Source: Chrysomallon squamiferum
Lineage: Eukaryota; Animalia; Mollusca
Direction of reading: 5' to 3'
Length of the DNA stretch: 64,000 nucleotides
NCBI GenBank assembly: GCA_012295275.1
Contig: CM022679.1
Coordinates: 17,980,001-18,044,000 of the forward strand
Positions within the stretch are counted from its first letter, which is position 1. Every line of letters begins with the position of its first letter. Positions 1 through 11,740 of the stretch are shown piece after piece. Made by a program: the position numbers and the translations under genes. The notes under the pieces were generated by a model. It made no database searches and was not told the DNA's origin. It saw nothing but the letters and a program-made list of their open reading frames with translations.

Positions 1-2688
1 GTATTTTTATGATGAGTAATATTATAGATATTTGAAACATCAGTTTTTAAATATTTTTGTTTTAGTTTTGGTTTTCACATTAAATGATTTGTTCATCATC
101 TTTATTTCGGTTCATCTAGTAGATTTCAGAAATGACATCCATATGTCAGATCCAAAACAAATCAGTCTAACTAGGTTCAGTTTTAGATCAGGTTTAACAG
201 CAGATCATATAGACAGGTTTTTCCATTGCAAAAAATATTTTTAGTGTTCCAACCAGTGCCTTCAAGCAGCATTAGCATTAGAAGCATGTACAAAAATAAT
301 GGATAACTCATGGAATTACGGTAACAGATGGCATGCCAATCATAATTGTGTAAAACTGATATTATCAACATATGATTAACATTAAGCAAATTGTTAAATA
401 TTTATCAAGTGAAATCCATATAAAACAGACAGAATTATCAGTCCTAATTATATGTGGCTCCTCAGTGAAAAATTGATGATAATTTAACCAATAAATTATT
501 ATGTTTTGTTATTATTATTCATTTTTCATTTATTTTATTATTTTTATTTATTTACAGGGGTTAATTTCTTAATAAGTACAAATAACTCCATTCTAAAATA
601 ATAATTTAGCAAACAATATTTTTTGAAAGATTTTATCTAAACAACATTTACTAAAACAAACATAAATATATAATATAAAGTGGCATGAGTGATACTTGTT
701 TCCTATTCAAACCAGATCACAGTCATGCTATTTATCTGGAGTAAGGTGTATATCAAAGATTCCTTTCTGCTAATCAGAATAGCCCAAGGTTTTTTTCTAA
801 TTAATGTTCATTATCTGGATATACACTTCTCCATTTTATTAAATCGTTTAATCACAAATAAAAATAAGATTATAAAGAGTGTATCAATTATCATTCTTAT
901 AAATCAAAAAGAATTAAAATGTAATTTTTGGTCAGTATAGTAGATACTTCAGAAAAGGTTTGCAAATGTATGCAATCAGATTTGAACGTTTTTTCTTCTC
1001 ATTTTTTCAGAAACAAAGATAAAGTTATAAAATGATCAAATAACTGATGTTTCAGATCTAATAGTAAAGAAAATAAGTTACGTGAAATTATCTCTGCGTT
1101 CTTACATTATACACACATACAAATATTACTCAGTTTCAATAGTTTCACACAAACATGTATACATAAATACATATGTTTGTGAAATACTTGCCCTTATATA
1201 CTAAACATCACTGTACATCTAAGTTACCTTAATGTTTTTCAATGTCACTTTTTTCCTTTTGTCCAATGATCATCACATGATCACATTTTCAACTGGCTAG
1301 CAGACTTCGATTATTTCTGTTGAATTATATTTATTAATAAATCATTGGTGAAATACAAAACATTTTATTTTTGATTTACCTCTGTAGCGCAAGAGGCTGA
1401 ATAAATAAATTATAAACATGTTAAAAATAATGCTCCTGATTTTTCCAGTTTAATTTCTTTTAGTTAACAGGAAGATGGTGTAAAGATCATTAACAGGCCT
1501 TCTTTGCTTTCCCTGCAAGCCTCACTGAAAATGTTTAATGAAAACAAACATGATTCTTCTCATACTATTCTGTTAATAATTTAATTGATACAGATTTTGT
1601 GTCTATGATCCAGTATTGCAGAGACAGATATTTATCACTAGCTGGTCACCTGGAAGGAGATCATGAGACAAACTTTATGAATAGCTGCACAGATGTTTTA
1701 TTGCTGTAATAAGAGAGTGACAAGAAGCACAGTACTTAAATTAACTGATATGGACATGGTAAATGTCTACAAATAATTATGTGGACAGTATAGATTACAA
1801 TTTATAAAACTATGCAAGTAGGAGTCCGAGACAAATGTGTTAAGCTGCAAGTAATTGTAAATAAACATCAGAATACAACTGAATAAAAAGTGAATGGATT
1901 GATGAGGATTTCTCAGGATGGACCATTTTATGTTAAGTTTTTATTTTATTGTATTTTAAATATTTTTATTTATTTTATGAAAAAAATAATACTTGTCTAT
2001 AAGTTGTTCTTAAGAACTGACTCTTTATTTACCCCAGAATATACTTTCTACTTGATATTCAGTAAACAACAAATTATTAAATGAGAACTGCTGTCAGAGA
2101 TCTTTGAAACCTATACCAAATTTATTTATTAGGATCACAATCGGTAACAAAAACAAAAATTGAAAATGTTTGCTTTAATGAAAACAACATGAACTGTGCT
2201 TATTTGGATCAAGTATTTGGTTAAAGAGTAATCAGATAATGGGAACCTATTCCCATCAAATTATATAGTTCGTCACTGCTGTGAAAAAGTTGTTGGTGTT
2301 GTTCATTTGGAAAAAGATGTATTGTTATGTTATCCATGTATATTTCTGAAAATTAAAATGTTATTTTTGATATCTAAATTATAATGCATAGGAAACAACT
2401 GACCTGTACTGCAATATTAATGATTTTGAAATGTAACAATAATCTAAATGTTAACCATAATGTGTGCAGCAGTAAATAAACAAACATTACTAAAGAATAG
2501 TTTAATTTACATTTACGTTACATTTTCAGTTACTGAATAGTGTGAAACTTACACAACTTTCATTTTTTATGCAACACCAAAAGGTATGTTTTATCAAACA
2601 ATTCAGTACTTTTATACAGTATCACCTTTCAACACATTGAATGATTAGTAAAAAAAAATGCCGTGGAAATTCTGTGGTTGTATTAGAT

Positions 2689-2969
2689 CAGTCATGAGCA
2701 AACTGAGGCCTGCATGGCCGGCCTAATTTCACAATGAAACTAACATTAATTCAAATTTTATAAAATGAGTATTTTGTATCTGCTAATACACTAAAACACA
2801 ATTAATTTTTTTTTATTATAACAGTTCATTGAAATAAATGAAAATGAAAAATTTCTTAAAATAAACTATACATAAAAACACAAAATTGCCTAAATTAGTA
2901 CCAGTGGCTTGCCTGAGGATGAGCCAAGTCTCATATGGCCTGCTTCTCAAAAAAGGTTGCCCATGCCTG
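2689..2969. mobile_element. hAT (Charlie-like) MITE
   Basis: TIRs CAGTCATGAGCAA / TTGCCCATGCCTG; perfect 8-bp TSD TATTAGAT (2681-88 and 2970-77). Confidence 0.85.
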
Positions 2970-4400
2970 TATTAGATACAAACCACTTTTAACAAAACTA
3001 AATTCTTGAACTGCACTGAACAGGTTCCAAACTTTGAAGCTTAATATCTTTCCTTTTCTGATGTGCATGATTTTGTTTTTGTCTTGAATAGTAGTTTTCT
3101 ACAAAGCTAAGTCTGAAAAATGATACTTAGAAATGTTGTCATGTGTCAAGAATATATTAAATAGGCTGGTGGTATATTGATATTTAAGACAAGATACATA
3201 GGGATTTTTGTTTGTTTATTGAGGTTTTTCAATTGACAGAAAACTACTCTTTCTGATTTTGATGTGGATAACATTTTTAATACATTCATCATCTTAAAAC
3301 TGAAATATTTTGGTTAATATTTCATATTTTTCTACCTTTGCCCACTGGAGACAAGCTTCCTTCCATCTTTTCAAATTCAGTTATGTATTATGGTGTTTAA
3401 AAAGATTATTAATATCAACGGTATTGATATAATCACGTTGTGTCAGCAGTTTGAAGACATATATTAATCAGGATTAATTAATGACTTATGACCATTTAAA
3501 CAATATCAGTATGAAATTGTTAGTAACAACAATGATTTGCCAGTATAAACATGAGAGAAAAGAATGCAAAGTCACATCCACTTTTGATTAGCCATTTTTA
3601 ATTAATTAATATACAAATAGTTAATTTGATCTTTGATACCACACAACTCTTTTAATAACATAAGAAATAGAGAACAAATTTGGATAATTGAAATAGCTCA
3701 TCATTTCCAAAAGATAAATTTATAGTGCTTTCTAATTTCACCAAATAATGGACCATGAGCTTGAAAGCAGATTTCTTTGTGTCATTTCATGCATCAGCTG
3801 TATGTATTGATTTGCAAATCCCTTTTGTCTGCTGTAGAGCCTTGTATTTGTGTAATGGTGGTGGTTAACTAGACAATTGTATCTTTGTCCACTGGTGCCT
3901 TCAGTTATGAGTTGTGCATTAGCTTCATCTCTCTTCCCTTTCTTTTTGATAATGCAATTACAGTATTCAGAATGAAGCACATGATATATTAGCAACAGAT
4001 ATTTATTTTTGCTGATATTTGTTAATCATCTTTATATTATAAATAGTGATATGTGTTGTTCTGACTCTGCAAATCCTCAGTTTAATTCTGAAAATTTCTT
4101 ATTTAAAGCAAGCATAGCAAAAGAAAGATGCAGGTTGAGAGAGATCTAAAAAAAAAATTTTTTTTTTTTTTTTTAGACAAGGGGAATCTTATTTGAATTA
4201 TTTAATGATTTTTGTGTTAAAAAGGAGCAAGTGTTAAACAGAAATATCAGTATTTTACAGGACTACTGAAAATACCAGTTTAAAGACTATTTTTGCAAGT
4301 CCATTTTAAGATTTATATGTTTTGTGTATCATGAATGATTATGATGCAGTAAAGTGATTATAATTTCAATGGCAAAAACAGTTTTAATATATATATATAT

Positions 4401-5092
4401 ACAGAAGTTTTTCAAGTTACAAGCAATCGCCAGTTGATTTTTTGCTTTGATTTGTGAGCAAAAATCTGAGTTACGAGCGAGTGTCAGATACTCCACCGCT
4501 AGTTGGTGCGACAAACAGCACAACAACTAGCCAGCATACCATGTCTCACTTGTTTTTTTCATGTGGTTACCTTGCCATGGAAGCATTTCTGTTGTGCTCG
4601 CGTTTTGTGCAGTATTTTGCCAAATTTCCATGGATCCCAAGAAAGTGAGTGCAAAGGACAGTGCTGAGAAGAAGAAGTGGATGATGTCCATTGACTTAAA
4701 GCTTGAATTCATAGAAAAACATGAGCAAGGTGTGGATGTAGTCGACTTGGCTAGGCAGCATGAGCGTAGTACTTCTGCGATATGTACCATACTGAAGCTG
4801 AAGGAATCGATAAAGGCTGTAACTCCAGCCAAAGGCGTTAAAATAATTTGTCTGATCTCCAAGATTCATACACTTTACAAAACCAATTTATTTCTTTACA
4901 TTCTCTTTTATTTTGTTCTTATATAATATTTGTCATTTATAAATGCATTTTTCTTATATGAAAACATGTTGCAAAAACAAAACAGAAACAATCAAATGGG
5001 GTGTTTTTTGGGGGAAATTGATTTGATGTACAAGCAAATTGAGTTATGAGCTTGGTCATGGAACGAATTAAACTCTTAAGTCAAGCTATCTA
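4401..5092 (+). mobile_element. Tigger/pogo non-autonomous element retaining the N-terminal CENP-B/psq HTH coding segment
   Basis: ORF MDPKKVSAKDSAEKKKWMMSIDLKLEFIEKHEQGVDVVDLARQHERSTSAICTILK; GAGTTACGAG-type subterminal repeats; homologous to the copies at 6797 and 19287. Boundaries approximate. Confidence 0.8.
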
Positions 5093-6796
5093 TTATTTAA
5101 CAATGTAAGGAAATAAAAAAAAATGTGATTTTACTATAATGCATACAATTATACAAATCAGATTTAACATTAATGTATGCTGCAACACAGAATACAGTTT
5201 TACTATAACATAATGGAATACATTTGTAACTTTTTTGAAGACAAAAACTCCATATAAGCAGCATTTAACAGTTATAGAGGAAATGAATTCTGTATAATTA
5301 GAAAAAACATCACTGATGCTTGCTGTCACCTTCCACATGACGTTCACTAATGGACATTTCATCAGATACTGTCACCATGGAAGTAAATGAAAGCAGCATA
5401 TTTCTTTTCCATTTTTATCCCTTTGCTTCTGATCCATTTGACAATTGGATAGAAAGCTGTGTAAATGTCGAATTTTTTCAGTTTGTAAAAGATACATTTG
5501 TCTTATTTAATATATACTTCAAATGTTTCTTAATTTAAACATTAAGCTTTATCATTACTAGTAATAAAATATAACGATTTTATTTTTATAATGTTAGTAA
5601 TCTGATATACAACATAATCATCAAAGTCAGCATTTACCATTCAAGATTTTAATTTGTGATTTCATTATTAAATTACTTCTTTTTCATTTATTTTCTAAAT
5701 GGAAAAAATTTGACAAGCATGAATTTGTGTTATTAAACCGAGTTCTTTTCTTTCTGTATTTCAGACATATCTGTCAAGTAATTAACTATACAGTGCATAG
5801 TAATTCATATATTTAAGTTCCTTTTCTATTTTTTAAAATATTTTAATTCCACCTTTACTTAAAAATTAGTAATTGGGATCTCACTGAAATGATTATTCCA
5901 ATAATAATAATAATAATAATAATAGAATGAATGAATGAATAAAGAAAAAAATAAGTAAATGATTCCATTATCTCATCAAAAATTTAGATAGAAATTCACT
6001 AATGCAACAAACATATTAATCATATACAGATAACCAAAAACTGTAATTCACTATGAAGTTGTTCAAATAATTTGGTGTATATTATAGAAAAATATTGATA
6101 TTTTACAAATTAACCCAACAGGTAATTGATGCCAACTTAAAACTTAAATCCAGGATACCTGACAAATTTGTGCATGCACAAATTAACACATGAACAGCAC
6201 AGTATCTTTATTAACCATGCTTGTTTTTTTTCTCTTTAAAATACAGTTTCATATATTTTTTGGTAGAAAGGTATCAGTTTAATTGAACTTTAAAATGTAT
6301 GAATTATGATCAAATTCTTTGATGTTGAAATTTAATTGAAGTTCTTTATTCTTCAGGTATTAGCTCAAATACACAAAGCCTCTTAATTAAACACACATAA
6401 ACATAAAGGCTTCTTTTCCCACCTTGGAATTACTGATTATTTTTAATTTTTTTGTTTATAATGGCCTTTATAAATACTATTCTGGATACAGTAAAGTTTG
6501 CTTATCTATCTTGAGAACAAGTTTGACACACTCATCTCTTTCTCTCTGTCTAGATAACTAGCTACATAGATCAGTGAAATTGATTTATATTAAAATCCTG
6601 TGAGGTTTCAAAGGATAGCATAATCATAGACTTGGATATAAGATACATGACCATTCAGATGATAATGTCTGTGTTAAATGTTGATAAATAACAGACTCTG
6701 GATTTGGTATAATGACCAGCTGTGGGGTTTATGGTGTTCATAATTACAACAAGAAATGACTTAAGTCTTATTGCAGTGAATGTATAATTTCATATA

Positions 6797-7632
6797 CAGT
6801 GATACCTTGACTTACGAGTTTTCTGTGTTAGGAGCATTTGCCTGGTTGATTTTTTGCTTTGAGTTGGGAGCCAAAATCCAAGTTATGAGTGAGCTTCAGA
6901 TACACTGCACCTACTTAGCGCAAAGAAGAACACGACATCCAGTGAGAAATCCCACATCTCACTTGTTTACTTCACATGGTGATCTCGCCCGTTGAAGCAT
7001 CTCTGTTGTGTTGTGCTTGCGTTTTGGGCAGTAGTTTGCCAAATTTCTTTTTTCTGACCATGGATCCTAAAAAAGTGAGTGAAAGGACAGTGCTGAGAAG
7101 AAGAATAGGAATCATAGAAAAGCATGGAATCATAGAAAAACATGAACAAGGTGTGCATATAGTTGACTTGGCTAGGCAGTACAAACATAGTAGTTCTGCA
7201 ATATGTACCATGAAGCAGGAGGCAATAAAGGCTATAACATTAGCCAAAGGCATTAAAATAATAATATACTTTACAAAACCAATTTATTTCTTTACATTCT
7301 TTCTTATTTTATTTTTATATAATATTTCAACTGTTGTAATATAATAAATTTTCTATAATAATAATTATGCTTTCTTTTATTGATTTAATTTTACATCACT
7401 GATATTTTAATAAATTTTTATGCATATTGTCAGGAAAAATTTGCCTGCCAGTACTTAATATCTGTCATTTATAAATACATTTTTCTTATTTCAAAACACA
7501 TTGCAAAAAAAAATGGACTGGTATTTTAAGGGCTGGAATGGATTAATGGTATTTCAGATAATTTCAGTGGGGAAAATTGATTTGTTATATGAGCAACTAG
7601 AGTTATGAGCTCGGTCACAGAACAAATTAACT
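6797..7632 (+). mobile_element. Tigger/pogo element, copy 2, with an ~130-bp insertion at ~7330-7455
   Basis: TA|CAGTGATACCTTGACTTACGAG left end; HTH remnant IIEKHEQGVHIVDLARQYK. Confidence 0.8.
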
Positions 7633-7998
7633 TAATGTTTCTCTTGCATCACTAAAAAGCATCAGTTTGTCTCATTTAAGGTCATTGATGTCTGTTATAA
7701 TATCAGATATTAAAAAGGATTTTCACATTGTCAACAGACTTGTTTCCATGCCTCTGGGTGAGATCAGTAATGATGGTATGGGTAGCCTTTGCAACAACTG
7801 TGCATATGATTCAAATGCTCATTTACTAATCATTTTCTTTTATAATTTCAACTTTACCTATATATATTAGTCATTCTAATAGGAGCTATCTGAGCATATT
7901 GATCATCTTTAAGATAATACTTATGACAAGCTTTCATATGTGTTTCTCTTCAGATGTATTGTCAAGCACACAGTTACTGAATGAGGTACAATAAATAG

Positions 7999-8189
7999 TG
8001 TTATGTTTTAACATTAAAACATAAAGTTCATTTCAATTTCCAAACAATTTATTTTGTTTCAAAAATGGCTACGAACAAAAACTGACTCAGGCTCCCTGTG
8101 ACGTCATATAATACTATCTCCCTTATTCTGGTTCCCCTAAACATCGTAAACTGTAACAATGTTAACTATAACACCATTTATATACAACA
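7999..8189 (-). repeat. 3' LTR (191 bp)
   Basis: TGTT...AACA; adjoins the polypurine tract (minus strand AGGGGAGGAAG, 8190-8200). Confidence 0.93.
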
Positions 8190-8488
8190 CTTCCTCCCCT
8201 CCAAATTTTCAGTTTACCCACAAATTATGTTATATGTAAAATTCTAAAATAAATTTGTGTGATTTAGTAATTAGTAATAATTAAACAATTGAACTTTGAA
8301 CTTAACAAATACATTTTTTTTTTTTTCCACTGGACACCATAATAGTTCAATTACAGTTTATCAAGTACGTCCATTGGTCACATATGGAACTTCAAATAAC
8401 AAATATTATTTAAAAATATATATATTAAAAAAATAACACTAATTCTACAATCTTTCAATGAATTCACACAGATTCAGATTAAATCACT

Positions 8489-11016
8489 TTAAATAGTTTG
8501 TATCAGTCTTTGAGTTGTTTTTCGAGCACGTCTAGGATATCTTGGGGTTGATGGTATTGGTAGTTGCGGTACATTGTCAACAGTATCATTGATGGCATTA
8601 GAAGTAACCGTTCTGTTTTTCATCTCAGTCTCTTCCACCTGAACGGTTGGTTCAACAAATTCCATATCAGACTTGGTACCAATTGCAGACAGTTCTGGGG
8701 AAGTGTTCCTATTATCCTCCAAATGCACATATTTATTAAGTTGATTCACTTGTCTTTTACACACAAAATCTCCAACTTTCACTCTGTAGGTAACAGGCCC
8801 TAGCTGACACAGTACTTCTCCACTTGTGTACTCCAAAAATGATTGCCAGTGCTTCTTTATCAATTTGGGAATACTTGCGTTCTGCTGATGTCAGAGTTCT
8901 AGAAGCGTATGCTATTGGCCTATCCGATCCTTCATTTCCATGTGATATTACCGCTCCAAGACCATGCGCAGATGCATCTACTGCCAACATTACTGGTTTC
9001 ATCAGGTCATAGTGGACAAGAATTTTAGATGATGCTAACAGTTTTCCATTTTTGTTCACTATAAATGCAAAGTACTCAACTTCATCTTTCATCATTGCAC
9101 ATTTGGACCTTTTCAGTTGAATTCCATATTTTTCTAGGCGTTTCAAAGTGTTTTTCAAGTGTTCAATGTCATCCTTTCCAGTGACTATGATGTCATCCAA
9201 AATGTAACCTACACCTTTTAGCCCTTGAAGCATTTTGTCCATCGTTTGTTGAAAAATAGGCACTGCAACTCCAAATGGCAACCTTGTATAGCGATAAAGT
9301 CCAAGGTGAGTATTGATTGTGACAGTTCCTCAACTCTTCATTAAGCAACACTTGCTGGTATGCATGTGACAAATTCAGTTTGGAGAACTTTTGTACTCGG
9401 GCACTTCCAACACAGGATTTATGGTAACCTTGTAATCACCACAAATGCTAACAGTTTTGTCAGGTTTTAAAACAGGTACAATAGGAGAAACCCATTCAGA
9501 AAAATCCACCTTTTCTACAATTCCTTCTGCTTCAAGTCTGTGAAGTTCATCAGCAATCTTTTCCTTCAAAGCATAAGGTACTGGTCTAGCCTTGAAAAAC
9601 TTTGGAGTAGCATCCTCTTTCACTTTCAGATGAGCTCTTATTCTTTTACTGTTCCCAACTCATTTGAAAAAATTGAATATCTACTGAACAAATCTTCAGG
9701 GTTTCCACAGGCTTTCATAATCTTAATACTGTTCCAGTCCAACTGAAAGTTTTGGAACCAATTCCGTCCAAACAAAGTTCGTCCATTTCCTTTCACCACA
9801 ATTAAAGGTAAAAGTTTTTTCTGCTTTCCATATTTAACATCACCTCAATTTGCCCAAGGACTGGCACCACTTCATCTGTATAAGTTTTCAACACAACTGA
9901 TGTTGATTTCAATGGCACTGTTTTCTTCAATTTTTCCTGATAACTCTTATTAGAAATTATCGATACAGAAGCACCTGTATCTACTTCCATTCTTAATGGC
10001 ACACCATTGAGTTCCAATGAAATTTGAATTTCTTTCACTTTCGTAGATTTCACTGTGAAAATTGACTGTTCAAAATCACAGTCATTTCTTTCCATTGCAA
10101 CCTGTTTATTTTCAAGAACAGCTTTTATAATTTCTGATTCAGTTTCATTACTTCCAGATTCTTCATGAACCTCATGAATTTTTAAACCTGTTTCAGATTC
10201 AGCATTTTCAATTTATGAATCACTGGTACCACCTTCTGATTCCGTAAGGTCCCTATCAGAATCTTGATTCACAACATTAAGTTTAGAATTTTTCTTTTTC
10301 AACTTTTGGAATTTCTTTTTCCATCTGTTTGCTTTCCTGTCTTTCTATTTTTTTCTTTTGATTTCGACTTTTTCTACTCAGGTGTCCTGTTTCATTACAC
10401 TTATAACAGTTTGCCTTTTTCTAAATTAGTTTTACCGCACCAGAAGCATTCAATGACAGAAACTTTGTAGAACTTTTCCGTTTCTGATTTCATTCCAATT
10501 TTCAGCATGTCAGTTTCTCTAGCTGTCATTTCCATACTAACAGCTATTTGCAAGGCTTTCCACAGTGATAAGTCATGTTCAGAGAGAACTTTTTTTCTGT
10601 ATTGACTTTTCAGACAGACCACAGACCAAAATGTCTCTTAATGCTTCAGTCAAAAATGCACCAAATTCACAGTGTTCTTTCAATTTTCTTAATTCTGCCA
10701 AAAATTCACTTAGTCTTCTCTCCAGGCTCTGTTGATAGAATTTGAACCGTTCCGCAGTCACCAAAAGTTTTGGTTTGAGATGGTTTCCTATCAAGGTTTT
10801 CAATTGTTCGTAAGTCTTACTTGCTGCTTTCTCAGGCAAAGTCAGATTTTGAATCAACCTGTAAGTCTTGGCACCACATACGGACAACAAAATGGAACGT
10901 TTCTTTTCGGCATCGTCTACATCATTCGCCAACAGATACTGTTCCAAACGTTCGATGTATTCATCCCAATTGGAACTTTCTAGATCAAACTCTTCAACTT
11001 TACTGTAGGTAGCCAT
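8489..11016 (-). pseudogene. Frameshifted gag-pol of the LTR element
   Basis: gag MATYSKVEEFDLESSNWDEYIERLEQY; truncated knuckle CFWCGK; protease EVDTGAS; RT (PKFFKARPVPY, ICGDYK, MPFG, ILDDII); RNase H VDASAHGLGAVI/YSQIDKEAL; only the integrase C-tail remains. Confidence 0.92.
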
Positions 11017-11056
11017 ATTTCATAAATAGTTAATTTCAGGAAGTTCAACACGTGTT

Positions 11057-11074
11057 ATCCCATCGTCATCGCCA
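11057..11074 (-). promoter_or_regulatory. Primer-binding site, probably tRNA-Ser(GCU)
   Basis: Minus strand TGGCGATGACGATGGGAT, 2 nt from the LTR; resembles the complement of the tRNA-Ser(GCU) 3' end as recalled (ATCCCATCCTCGTCGCCA, 16/18). Confidence 0.75.
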
Positions 11075-11076
11075 AT

Positions 11077-11250
11077 TGTTATGTTTTAATGTTTTAATTT
11101 CCAAATAATTTATTTCATTTCAAAAATTGCTACGAACAAAAACTGACGCACGTTCCCAGTGATGTCATATAATACTATCTCCCTTATTCTGGTTCTCCTA
11201 AACATTGTAAACTGTAACAATGTTAACTATAACACCATTTAGATACAACA
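11077..11250 (-). repeat. 5' LTR (174 bp)
   Basis: TGTT...AACA; direct repeat of 7999-8189 with a 17-nt indel and about 15 substitutions by hand count. Confidence 0.93.
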
Positions 11251-11319
11251 AATAGACGTCGGAGAAAGACCATCTAGAAGCCAATCATAATTTTTATTTA
11301 ATATTAATTCCACTTACAA

Positions 11320-11740
11320 TAGCTAGTGGCAGCCAAAATTGTAAAATTTATATCTGTTTTCATTTTGTTTTTAATTAAACAGAACAAAATAAAATTATTC
11401 TAATATCTACCTTACTTTCTGAGATGTAATGTTTTGAATACTGACAGCATTAGCAAATGTGATCTGAACCATTTTCAGCCAAAATTTATTATGGTGTCAG
11501 AAAATGTAATATATGTGGCAGTATTAATAACTAAATTGCTTTAAAAATGTTTTTACTTTGAATCACTTGAAGTAGTTAGCAGACGCCAAAATTTGGAAAT
11601 TTATATCCATTTTAATTTTTCTAAAGTTAAATAACTTTTGAATACAAATACAGAACAAACAAAATTATTCAGTTATCTTGCATCTTTTTGAAATTTGACG
11701 TTTTAAAAACTGACTACACTGTGACAGTATCAGCAAATGT
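11320..11740. repeat. Diverged direct repeat, two units about 250 bp apart
   Basis: Shared blocks gccaaaatt..aaatttatatc..acagaacaaa..aaaattattc..tgacag..agcaaatgt at ~11330-11460 and ~11585-11740. Confidence 0.6.

Larger units (their letters stand above)
7999..11250 (-). mobile_element. Ty3/gypsy (Mag-like) LTR retrotransposon, internally deleted, antisense to CaMKII
   Basis: TG..CA LTR pair, 5-bp TSD AATAG (7994-98 and 11251-55), PBS, PPT, and gag, protease, RT and RNase H fragments. Confidence 0.95.
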
